Assembly (NCBI GenBank): GCA_963749655.1
Contig: CAVVOB010000013.1
Coordinates: 32,001 to 96,000 of the forward strand
Length of the DNA: 64,000 bases
Origin: Nitrospirota bacterium
GTDB taxonomy: Bacteria; Nitrospirota; UBA9217
Direction: 5' to 3'
Below the pieces are notes generated by a model. That model was not told the origin of the DNA. It made no database searches and worked only from the letters and a program-made list of their open reading frames with translations. The position numbers and the translations under genes are program-made. Shown here piece by piece: positions 20,531 to 32,410 of this stretch. Numbering within the stretch: the stretch's first letter is position 1; each line of letters opens with the position of its first letter.

Positions 20531-21217
20531 ATGAAGAACCGTCTGATCAGAGCCTGCCTGGTCTGTGTCTGTATGACGCTGGCCGCCTGCGCAGGAGCAG
20601 TCCTGCGGCCGGAGCCGGTGTCGCCGGTCACTCTCCCCCCGGAAGCCACCGCGTCCCTTCCTGCGCCGGTATTGAAACAGATCACGAGGGAGACCGGCAT
20701 TGCAGCGTGGTACGGCATGGAATATCAGGGCCGCCGCACGGCGACCGGAGAAGTTTTCGATATGAACGGCCTCGCGGCCGCTCACCGCACACTCCCCCTG
20801 GGAACGGTCATTCGCGTCACGAACCTGGACAATTCCAAAAGTATTGAAGTCACCGTTACGCACCGGGGTCCCTCGACCAGAAGCCGCATCATCGACCTTT
20901 CCTATGGCGCAGCGAGAGAACTGGGGTTCGTGGCGCAGGGCATGGCCCGGGTCAGCATCGAGGCAACAACGGAGACCGGCGGGCCGGCGTTCTATACCGT
21001 GCAGGCAGCGGCGTTCCTGGAAGAAGAAAACGCTAAAATTCTGAAAGGACGGCTCTCGAAGAAGTTCGAATTCATCGCCATTGTGCCGGTTGAAACGAAT
21101 ATCTCCCGGTCCTACCAGGTGCGCGTCGGCTCCTACGCTTCGGCTGAACGGGCGGAGCAGATTGCCGAGAAACTGGCAAAGGAAGGGCTGGAGCCCGTTG
21201 TCTTGAGGAGAGACTGA
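20531..21217 (+). CDS. rlpA: RlpA-family lytic transglycosylase with SPOR domain
   Basis: Lipobox LAAC; GIAAWYG, TATGEVFDM, AAHRTLPLG, RIIDLS; C-terminal SPOR. Confidence 0.9.
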   Translation: MKNRLIRACLVCVCMTLAACAGAVLRPEPVSPVTLPPEATASLPAPVLKQITRETGIAAWYGMEYQGRRTATGEVFDMNGLAAAHRTLPLGTVIRVTNLDNSKSIEVTVTHRGPSTRSRIIDLSYGAARELGFVAQGMARVSIEATTETGGPAFYTVQAAAFLEEENAKILKGRLSKKFEFIAIVPVETNISRSYQVRVGSYASAERAEQIAEKLAKEGLEPVVLRRD

Positions 21218-21240
21218 GAATTTACCGGTAAAGAGGACCT

Positions 21241-22732
21241 ATGAAGATCAGCATTGCAACGGGCGCCGTCGAAAAAATCAAGGCCGGGGGCGCGGTCATA
21301 TTGCTCTTCGACGGAGAGAAGCCCGCGCCGTCGGCTGCGCGTCTCGATAAGGCGCTCGGGAACATGATCACACGCCTTCTTGAGCGCGGCGATTTCAAGG
21401 CAAAGCCGGGAGCTGTCCATCTCCTCTACCCCGGGGTCGCCATGAGCGCGGAACGTCTCGTTCTTGCCGGCCTCGGAAAACGCGTTGATCTGACGCCCGA
21501 CCGCGTCCGCCACGCATCGGGCAAGGCGGCTTCGGCCCTGCGTTCCGCCGGCGCCCGCGACATCGTCCTGTCGCTTGACGGCATCGGACCGGATCCCGAG
21601 GCCGCAGGGCAGGCCGCGACCGAAGGCGCAGTGCTCGGGTTGTATCGTTTTTTGCGGTATAAAACCAATGACGAAGCAGAGCGGAAGAAAGAGGTCAGCA
21701 AGATCACGCTTCTTGCCGGATCCCCCATCCTCTGTCCGGGGTCTTCAGAAGGGCGCACGAGCGGGAGAGGCGATAGCCACGTCCGCCATGATGGCGCGCG
21801 ACATGGTCAACGCGCCGCCAACGGACATGACGCCTACGATCATAGCCGCGAAGGCCCGCGCGATCGCCCGGCAGTCCGGCTTGCGCATCCGGGTGCTCGA
21901 ACGGCCGCAGATGCAGAAGCTCGGCATGGGCGCCCTCCTCGCCGTTGCATCGGGAAGCGCGCAGCCGCCGAAGTTCATCGTCGTCGAGTACCGGAGCGGC
22001 GGGAAGAAGCCCTTCATCGCCCTGGTCGGCAAGACGATCACCTTCGATTCCGGCGGCATCTCGATCAAACCCGCCGAGAACATGGATAAAATGAAGGACG
22101 ACATGGCCGGCGGCGCCGCCGTGCTCGGCGCCATACGGACGGCCGCCGCGCTCAAGCTGCCGCTGAACATCGTGGGGCTTCTGCCGGCAACGGAGAACAT
22201 GCCGGGCGGACGCGCCTACAAGCCCGGCGACGTTCTCCGGACCCTCTCGGGCCAGACCATCGAGATCATCAATACCGACGCCGAGGGAAGGCTCATCCTC
22301 GCCGACGCCCTCGCCTATGCCTGCTCCTATAAACCCGCCGTGATCGTGGATATCGCCACGCTTACCGGCGCCTGCAGGGTCGCACTCGGCCAGGAGGCCG
22401 CGGGAATGGTAGGCACGGACGAGAAGCTCAAGCAGAGGCTCCGCGAGGCCGGAGACAAAACCGGCGAACGGGTGTGGGAGCTCCCGCTCTGGGAAGGGTA
22501 TTACGACCTCATCAAGAGCGACATAGCGGACATGAAGAACACGGGGGGGAGGGACGGGTCGGTCATAACGGCCGCGGCGCTTCTGTCCAAGTTCGTGGAG
22601 AAATATCCCTGGGTGCACCTCGACATCGCCGCGATGGCGTGGACCGACAAGGACCGGCCCTACACGCCGAAAGGCGCGACCGGCATCGGCGTGAGGCTGC
22701 TCACGCAGTTCCTGCGGGACTATGCCGGGTAA
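21241..22732 (+). CDS. pepA: Leucyl aminopeptidase (frameshift in C-run near 21722-21726)
   Basis: N-domain in ORF 21241, catalytic domain in ORF 21575 (VGKTITFDSGG, KDDMAG, NTDAEGRL); removing one C joins them. Confidence 0.92.
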
Positions 22733-22746
22733 AAATAACGGTTTTT

Positions 22747-22864
22747 AACCACAGATGAACACTGATGGACACGGATTGATTGGAACATTCGGTCAGAGCC
22801 CTGACTGGGTAGCTCAAAAAAGTCCGGGCCCGCTCGTGCTTGTCATCTGTGTTAATCTGTGGTT
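22747..22864 (+). repeat. 10-mer-unit inverted repeat element, copy 3
   Basis: aaccacagatg-aacactgatg-gacacggatt ... catctgtgtt-aatctgtggtt. Confidence 0.85.
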
Positions 22865-22914
22865 CCACTGCCGTCTAGGCTGATTCTTTCGTGGCTTGGA
22901 TGCTATCGGATCAT

Positions 22915-23538
22915 ATGCAGACCGATTTCACATACGAGGAAGCACGTGCGAACGTCGAGAAGGTCCTGATCACGGGGGGCCTTTACAAGGCCGACGTGTT
23001 CATCACGCGTATCGGCACGGACCGGTTCGTGGTCAAGGACTACTGCGGGAAGGGATTCTGGGAACGCAATCTCGTGGGACGCATCGTGGTCGCCCGGGAA
23101 GCGCGGGCCTACGCCGCCCTCTCCGAAATGGAAGGTCTGCCGTCACGGTTCAGGAGGCTCTCACCCTTTGCCATCGCCGTGGAATATCTCGAGGGAAGGG
23201 ACCTTGGCAGCGTCCGGCCGGGTGAGATCGGGCAGGACATCATCGGCCAGTTCGAGCGAATCGTGAACGATCTGCACGCCCGGGGATGGGTCCACCTTGA
23301 TCTTCATCGAAGATCGAACATCCTCCTGGTTGAGGGCAAGGTCCATGTCGTGGACCTTGCTTCGGCCCTCCATCCGGGCAGCCTCCCGTTCATAGGTGCC
23401 TGCCTGACCCGTCTCATCGGCATCGCCGATCTTCTCTCGCTCATCAAGATGAAAAATCTCTTCTGTCCCGAATTGCTTTCCCCGAGAGAACGAAAGTGGC
23501 TCACGATCAGAAATGCACTCATGCCCTCTCGGTGGTGA
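22915..23538 (+). CDS. Protein kinase-like fold protein (RIO/Kdo-WaaP-like)
   Basis: VVKDY, REARA, LHARGWVHLDL..SNIL, VVDLA. Confidence 0.7.
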   Translation: MQTDFTYEEARANVEKVLITGGLYKADVFITRIGTDRFVVKDYCGKGFWERNLVGRIVVAREARAYAALSEMEGLPSRFRRLSPFAIAVEYLEGRDLGSVRPGEIGQDIIGQFERIVNDLHARGWVHLDLHRRSNILLVEGKVHVVDLASALHPGSLPFIGACLTRLIGIADLLSLIKMKNLFCPELLSPRERKWLTIRNALMPSRW

Positions 23539-23734
23539 TTTGCCTTTCATCAATAAAGTAAAATGTGCCCACGGTATACGACTTAGAGGTCCTATAAGAC
23601 GTATTGCGATTGATTGCAGCTTGTCAGAGATTGGAAGAGCTGAGGGGTTCCGGTAAGGACGGAAAGGCGCCGTTTTTTTACGAAATTTAAGCGCCGGGAT
23701 CGTTCGACCCGGCGCTGGGATGACCGCTTCGATA

Positions 23735-24458
23735 TCAGGAATGCGATGGTGTCGTTTTGAAAAGGTCCTTGTATTTCTCGAATTCGGGCCGCTTCACGAT
23801 GTCGCTGAAGCGGGGGTCCGATAAGAGCGCCCGGATCTCGTTGTCGAACTTTCCCCTGGTCACCGCGCTCTCGAACATGTCCTTTGCGAACTGATAGTTC
23901 TTCATCAGGTAGTTGGCCTCGAACAGCAGCCAGTCGACGCGGGGCGAGTAGGCGTGGGCGACCTTTTTCCCTTCGCGCAGATAGGTGTTCGAAAGCTCGT
24001 AATTATTTTTCATCAGCTCCGCTTCGCCGAGGATCACATAGGGCACGGTGTCCTGCGGCCCGGTCTTGACATACTCCCTCAGGAACCCAAGCGCTTTTTC
24101 CTCGTCCTTCTGGGCGTAAAAGAAGTAGAGTCCCATGTAGGCGATGTAGTGCTTCAACTCGAGCGCCTTGCGGTAGCACTGCTCTTCCTTCTCCGGGGAG
24201 ATATTCTCCTGCGACGCAGCGGCGAGATAAGCGTCGGCAATGAGGCGGCGGGCGGCATCATCGTACGCGGCTGCAGGCGAGGCCTCATATCGCTCGATGA
24301 TCTTTTCCGGCTGCTGCTCGCCGGCGAGTTTTTCAAATTCACGGCAGACCGTGTTTTCGTCCGCGCACCGGGAAACGGGCGTCAATGCCCGGACGAGAGC
24401 CGGAGCGGCGATGATGAACGATGACTGTTGATATGATGCTGATGACGTGCTTCTTCAT
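23735..24458 (-). CDS. Secreted helical/TPR-like protein (frameshift near 24420 in the signal peptide)
   Basis: AGGAGGG RBS and MKKHVISIISTVI, continuing in the other frame as FIIAAPALVRA-LTPVSRC...; TPR-like helices. Confidence 0.65.
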
Positions 24459-24728
24459 GTACTCCCTCCTCATGATGGTAATTCCGGAAAAAAGTGATTG
24501 TCGTCCTGACGGCCTTCGTGCAATTCCGAGCGCGAATAATAGCCCGCGGAAAAGACGTTGTCAATAGCCTTTTCTCGTCGATGAAAATGACGCGTTGATG
24601 AATTCTTGGCCATCGCGAGCATAATCAAACCGTTAGACAGTTGTCCGTTTACCGACATCCCCTTAAAATACCCTTGTCCGGGTGCGGCCCGCGGGCCGGA
24701 CCGCGCTGCTTCGGACGGATTCGCCTCA

Positions 24729-24757
24729 TTGACCCGTTCCCTCTTCTGGGGTAATAT
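24729..24757 (+). promoter_or_regulatory. uvrB promoter (probably leaderless transcript)
   Basis: TTGACC-17-TAATAT, ATG 6 nt downstream, no SD. Confidence 0.65.
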
Positions 24758-24763
24758 CATTCT

Positions 24764-26770
<2,007 letters not shown>

Positions 26771-26772
26771 TG

Positions 26773-26870
26773 GCAATGCGGAATTCCCGCGCACTCCGTG
26801 CACCCGCACTCGTAAACGCGGGGCAGGTCGAAATGCGGAATGTGATGAATTCTGGAGTGAGCGCATTCCC
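26773..26870 (+). repeat. Degenerate heptamer-unit element (aatgcgg units)
   Basis: gcaatgcggaatt ... aaatgcggaatgtg ... gcgcattcc. Confidence 0.4.
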
Positions 26871-27011
26871 TGCAGCTTGCTACAGGGAGTGTCAATAGGG
26901 CCATCCATCCGGGCTTTTCTCTTTTTCTTTTCCAATACTGCAGTCACTCTCCTCTCCCGAGGTGTCCCTGATTGAACAGCTGCGGGAATTGTGGTACAGT
27001 TAACACCTTCT

Positions 27012-27727
27012 ATGGCAATAGATACAGCACAGAGCGACTGCCCTTTATGTGGATCCGATAGGACGCATGAATTCAGCCGCGACCAACGAAGGCTCTATCT
27101 GCAGTGCCGCGTGTGCAGCCTCGTGTTTGTTCCTTCCCGGCAGTTTCTGTCCCCTGACGATGAACGGAAGAGGTATGATCTGCACCGGAATTCTCCTCTT
27201 GACGAGGGATATCGAAATTTCTTGAGCCGCCTGTTTCTCCCCCTGCAGCAGCGCCTGCAGCCGGGCAGCTGTGGCCTTGATTTCGGCTCAGGTCCCGCGC
27301 CTACGCTTTCCCTGATGTTCGAAGCTGCCGGCTATTCCATGACGATCTTCGATCATTTCTACGAGCCTGATCCATGATGCCCTGGGGAAGCAATACGATT
27401 TTATAACCGCCACGGAAGTCGTGGAACATCTGCGCGATCCCGGGCTTCGAGTCGGACCGGCTGTGGCAATGTCTCAAACCGGGAGGGACGCTCGGCATCA
27501 TGACGAAATTTGCTGTGGCGCCGGATGCATTCAGTCAGTGGCATTACAAGAACGACCTAACCCATATCCGGTTTTTCTCGCGACAAACCTTTGAATGGAT
27601 GGCCCGGCGCTGGGATGGCGACCTGACGTTTCCGGAGGACGATGTCGTGCTGATCGGCAAAAAATCTCATCAATGTAAGAAGCAATGCGTTTCGCGCAAA
27701 GCCGCAAAGGCGCAAAGTAGATCTTAA
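27012..27727 (+). pseudogene. Class I SAM-dependent methyltransferase with N-terminal Zn finger (two frameshifts, possibly assembly errors)
   Basis: CPLC/CRVC, GLDFGSG, YDFITATEVVEHL and LKPGGTLGIMT in different frames, WHYKNDLTH. Confidence 0.75.
27692..27717 (+). repeat. Left arm only of a 9-mer-family element
   Basis: tcgcgcaaag-ccgcaaag-gcgcaaag. Confidence 0.6.
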
Positions 27728-27787
27728 AATATTAATGCAGCTAGAAAAAGTTTGATTCGCTAGTTACCAAAAGGACGTTCTTAAGGA

Positions 27788-28522
27788 ATGAAATCGCTAC
27801 CCATACTGTACGTGGACGAATATCTGGTCGCTGTCAACAAGCCCTCGGGCCTGCTGGTCCATCGCAGTAATGTCGACCGCAGGGAAACAGAGTATGCCAT
27901 GCAGATCGTCCGTGACCAGCTGGGGCAGTGGGTCTATCCGCTCCACCGTCTCGATAAGGCCACATCAGGCGTGCTGGTGTTCGCGTTGAGCAAGGAGATG
28001 GCCAAAATCATGACTCAATCCTTTACCGACAGGAAGGTGTCCAAATCCTATCTCGCCGTTGTGCGGGGTTACGCAAAGGATGCTGAACGTATCGATCATC
28101 CCCTTAAGGAACAACAGGACAGGATGACCGATCAGCGGGCGGATCAGGACAAGCCGGCGCAGCAGGCAGTTACGGAATACCGGCGTCTTGCGACCGTGGA
28201 GCTGCCTTATCCGGTGGGGCGCTACGAAACGGCGCGCTATTCTTTCATTCACGCGGTACCCCTGACCGGGCGCAATCACCAGATACGGCGTCATATGAAG
28301 CACGTTTTTCACCCCATAGTCGGCGATACGACCTATGGAGACGGGAAGCAGAATGACTTTTTCCGGACCCGGTTCGAATGCCGACGGCTGCTGCTGCATG
28401 CCCACGATATCGCTTTTGAGCACCCTCGTTCCGGCCAACGGGTCCGCATTCAGGCTCCGTTCGATCCTGTTTTCGCTGCCGTGCTTGCTGCGCTTGCATG
28501 GGACAAGATCGTTCTGCCGTGA
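27788..28522 (+). CDS. truC: tRNA pseudouridine(65) synthase TruC (RluA family)
   Basis: NKPSGLLVH, HRLDKATSG, GRYETARYS, TGRNHQIRRHM, PIVGDTTYG. Confidence 0.85.
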   Translation: MKSLPILYVDEYLVAVNKPSGLLVHRSNVDRRETEYAMQIVRDQLGQWVYPLHRLDKATSGVLVFALSKEMAKIMTQSFTDRKVSKSYLAVVRGYAKDAERIDHPLKEQQDRMTDQRADQDKPAQQAVTEYRRLATVELPYPVGRYETARYSFIHAVPLTGRNHQIRRHMKHVFHPIVGDTTYGDGKQNDFFRTRFECRRLLLHAHDIAFEHPRSGQRVRIQAPFDPVFAAVLAALAWDKIVLP

Positions 28523-28554
28523 TGTTTACTGATGAACCGGGGGAAAAGCATTGT

Positions 28555-28654
28555 AACCACGGATGAGCACGGATAAACACGGATGAACCCGTATTTGAAT
28601 CAAAGAGACACTGACTCTTCATGTATCTGTGTTAATCTGTGTTGATCTGTGGTT
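28555..28654 (+). repeat. 10-mer-unit inverted repeat element, copy 4
   Basis: aaccacggatg-agcacggata-aacacggatg ... atctgtgtt-aatctgtgtt-gatctgtggtt. Confidence 0.85.
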
Positions 28655-28781
28655 CCATCTGCCTCTGTGAGCATGGAGTCCCTGCTGCACGTTTTTCATT
28701 GAAAGTTGCCCGAATTTAGTCGATAATGCACACCGCCTTTAATTCATCGGCGTTATCGTCCTGCATTTACCGGAGGTCAAG

Positions 28782-30089
28782 ATGGTGAGCAGCCCGAGAA
28801 GGAATTTTCTCCTTCTCCTGTGCGTTCTTTGTAGTGCAGTGGTCACGGGTTATTTTCTGAAAACCGCGATAGTCGGAGACTTCAGGAAATCTCTTGAAGA
28901 GGAGCGCAGGGGCTCAGTGCGGCTGATCGCATCGGACCTGGAAGGCTCGTATGAACGGTCCCGGGCGTGGAACCGGGAAGACACGGCAGCGGCCGCAGTC
29001 CAGGCGCTGATGCTGGGGATGCGCGTCACGGTGAAAGACGCGTCGAGCGGGACGGTAATGAACACGGACAAGGCCCTGTCGATGCTGCCTCCGGAGAGGA
29101 AGGCGTCGGGTCGTTGCGACAGCTTGCCGATCAGGTCTGAGCAAAGCATCGACGAACAGCTCATGCCTCTCGTTATGGGGCAAGGAGAACATCGGCAGCC
29201 TTTCCGTCGCCTTCCCGAACACGGGCAGGGAAGATCGCTTTGTAAAACGCTGGGCAAGTCATAATCGCTGCATGGGCAGTCTTGATCGCAGGGCTGGCGC
29301 TGGCATCGGGCTTTTTTCTCGTGCGGAAACCGGTTCAGGGAGCGGCGAGAACTGTTCAAACCGCATCGAAAAAAGGCGCAATGCAGCATAAAGAAACTGC
29401 GGCTTCGTCGGACTCCACGGACAGACCTGGCGTTGACAGAAGAAATTCCACCACAGAACATATCTGTATCGAGCATTCCCGCTGTCGAAGAAGAACAGAA
29501 TACTGAACCGGACGAGCCTTCAGATGCCGATGATGAGGTGCAGCCCCTCGCCGGCGAAGAGGACCGGATCAAAAGGATCATCGCAGGGCTTGATGAGCTG
29601 GCCAGGGCCGAGGCGCTCGGCCGCGCGCTCAGCAGACAGCCGATCAAGCTTGCGCATCATCTAACGGAGGTAATGGACAAGGTCCGCGGATCAATCCATG
29701 AAAAAAATATTGCCTTTAATCTGGAATGCGAACAAGCGCTCACGCTATCCGCTGATCCTGATTGTCTGGCCACGATCATGACGAACCTCCTGGAAAATGC
29801 TGCTAAGTCCATCAAGCAGAATGGGACGGTGACCGTGAATGCTGTTGTTGAGGGCGATCAGGTACGATTGGCAGTCAAGGACACGGGGCGGGGGATCAAA
29901 CGGAAGGACATGCCCCATATCTTCGAGCGATTCTATCGCGCATCGGGAAGCGGCATCGGTCTGGGGTTGACCATCGCGAAGGCCTTGGTGGACGCAAGTG
30001 GAGGAACGATTGAAGTGCAGTCAACGTACGGCAACGGGTGCCTTGTGACCGTCAGTATTCCCAGGAAGGTCGAGGCTGGCGCGGCTTGA
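28782..30089 (+). pseudogene. Membrane sensor kinase-like gene (frameshifted, no visible H-box)
   Basis: TM1 and periplasmic domain, TM2 VIIAAWAVLIAGLAL, HATPase NLLENA/DTGRGI/IFERFYR/GIGLGL spread over several frames. Confidence 0.7.
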
Positions 30090-30137
30090 GCGACTTGTCG
30101 TTAGGAAGATTTATTCGAGGTTACATGTGTAGTTTCT

Positions 30138-30313
30138 ATAAAGTCGTCATTCCCGCGTGATTCTAAGCCTGCCCGGCATGCTTGAAACCGGGGGGAATCA
30201 TATTGCCGAATAATGTATTGAATAGGAAAGATTCCCCCGAGCAAGTCGGGGCAAGCTGCTCAAGCCGTAGTGACGTCAAAGGCGTAAAGTTCAACTTTTT
30301 TACGAGACCCATC
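30138..30313. repeat. Degenerate REP-like palindromic element at the island's left edge
   Basis: gtcattcccgc...gggaatc paired with gattccc...gtgacg, ending aactttttacgagacc. Confidence 0.4.
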
Positions 30314-30688
30314 TGCAAATAAACACGTTATTCGTAAATGCGTCCTTACCCCACCTTCTCCTGCAGGAAAAATCATACAAAGAAAAATTCCCGCTTAATC
30401 AATTGACTGACTGTTTACGTGAAATTTGCTGCAACATTCTGAGGTCTAATTATAAATTTACTACCCTAAAAATACCCCATTATTGTTGTTGACCCATCAT
30501 ACCTAGGTATGATATCAATGTCCTCGCACCAAAACATCTCTGTCTGATTTTTCTTTCGCAGTAAATCATTCCGCAGAAAATAATAAGTCTGTCTTTAGCC
30601 TGCATCGTATTTTTTACGAGTTTACGAGTTGCATCGTTGTCTGCTGCGACTGTTGGAAAAAATTTTTTGAAACTCAAGGAGGGAAAAT

Positions 30689-31460
30689 ATGAAGAAAATA
30701 ATCATGTCATTTGTTATCAGCCTGTTGATGATGCACGCCGCTGATCTTTATGCGGCGAATGGCGATCTTACTGTGAATGGGAATGCCGGCATTGCTACAA
30801 ATCTGACTGTGAGCGGGAAAGTTGGTATTGGCACAACATCGCCGCAAGCCAGCTTAGACATCGGCGGCAATCCTGCCAGTGCAATCGGAAGCGCCATTTG
30901 TTAATGGTTCCGGAAATAATATCGCAGCCACAGGTCGCCCATATATTCGCGGCAGTTTAGCTAGGCTTATCTTAACGGTGGCGGGACCGCATCAGGCGGC
31001 AACTGATGATTTAGTTATACCGGTGATGGTCCTACCGGAGATGTGCGTATACGAGCGAATCTGTTTGTTATGAGTATGGTAGGTTGGAATCGGAATAAAT
31101 CCGATATTTAAGCTGGATGTCGCAGGAGTACATTCGTGCTGTCAACGTTACTCCGCCATCTGACGAAAATTTAAGGACAATATTAAGAGCATAGAATCGC
31201 CGTTGACCAAGGTGTTGAGCATGGAGGGTGTGACTTTCAATTGGAGAAGAGACGAGTTCAAGGAAAATAATTTTCCCGAGGGCAGGCATTACGGCGTGAT
31301 CGCTCAGGAAATGGAGAAGGTGCTGCCCGACGTGGTCTTAACGGCCCCTGATGGGTCAAAATCCGTGGCGTACATGGAGATTATTCCGGTATTGATTGAG
31401 GCGATCAAGGAGCAGCAGAAAGAAATCGAACAGTTGAAAAAAATGATAGTGGGTAAATGA
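30689..31460 (+). pseudogene. Secreted fibre protein with C-terminal peptidase S74 chaperone domain (several indels)
   Basis: Signal peptide; GKVGIGTTSPQASLDIGG; SDENL(K)DNIKSIESPLTKV..GVTFNW..GVIAQE..KSVAY..LIEAIKEQQ. Confidence 0.8.
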
Positions 31461-31563
31461 GACAACTCGGATAGTCTTTTGATCTGCAGAAGAACCTCTG
31501 TATGCTCAACGCGCGTTGTGCAGTCGAAGTAAAAAAGTTCATGTTCTACCTTTGGAGGGAACC

Positions 31564-32296
31564 ATGCTGGGTAAACAAAATCCCCCACGCATCTTGTCGA
31601 TTATCATTGTTGCATGCATGATATTGACCGGCTCTTCGGCTATTCATGCCGCCGAGACGGTGATACATACATATGATGAGCTCAACCGGCTTATACAGTC
31701 AACCTATTCGGACGGTACGACCTTGATCTTCGAATATGACAAGCTGGGCAATCGTATAACAAAAAAGAAGCTGTTCAAACCCCACATCCTCACGATAGTA
31801 AAATCAGGCACCGGTACGGGCAGGGTCACAAGTACGCCGCAGCGAATCGATTGCGGAGGCGCATGCTCGGATAAATTCAGCGAAGGCACATCAATAACTT
31901 TAACCGAAGCTCCATCAGGCAGCTCTTTATTTTCCGGATGGTCAGGTGGCGGATGCAGCGGAACAGGTTCTTGTGTGTTAAGCGTCACTGCAGACACGAC
32001 TGTCAGCGCAATATTCCAACCCTGTTCGAACCCGTCGGTAAAGATCGGCAGTACGCCCTATACGAGCCTTCAAGCAGCATATAATTCTATTGCTGCAGGA
32101 AGCGGGGCGACAATCAAAAGCCAAGCAGTAACGCTCGTAGAAGATACTCACGCTGAGCTCTAATGTAACCGTAACGTTCGACGGTGGATATGATTGCAAT
32201 TATTCAGGCACAAAGACCGGATCGACGAATTTGAAAGGTAAGGTAACAACAACTTCCGGATATACGACGATAAAAGATTTTGTGATAGAGCAGTAA
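31564..32296 (+). CDS. Secreted protein: one YD hairpin, InlB-B-like repeat and beta-rich C-terminal domain (frameshift near 32146)
   Basis: TYDELNRL...EYDKLGNR; KSGTGTGRVTS..IDCG..FSGWSGGGC; YTSLQAAY then shifted LTLSSNVTVTFDGGYDCNY...IKDFVIEQ. Confidence 0.75.
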
Positions 32297-32410
32297 AGCG
32301 ACAGCTAAACCGTTATCAGTGAAAGCTGAATTTCAGGGTTTTATGGACAGGATGCCTCCGCTTTACTATGCCGTAAGCTCCAAGACACCGTGATGACTTC
32401 GGGAGGGTTA

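Noticed and set aside
23540-23730. Possible ncRNA between convergent genes
   Set aside because: The two hairpins are explained as terminators, and there is no recognisable RNA family or properly spaced promoter.
24670-24727. SRP-RNA-like gaagcagc motif on the minus strand
   Set aside because: It lacks the conserved helix-8 tetraloop (caggtccggaagg) segment.
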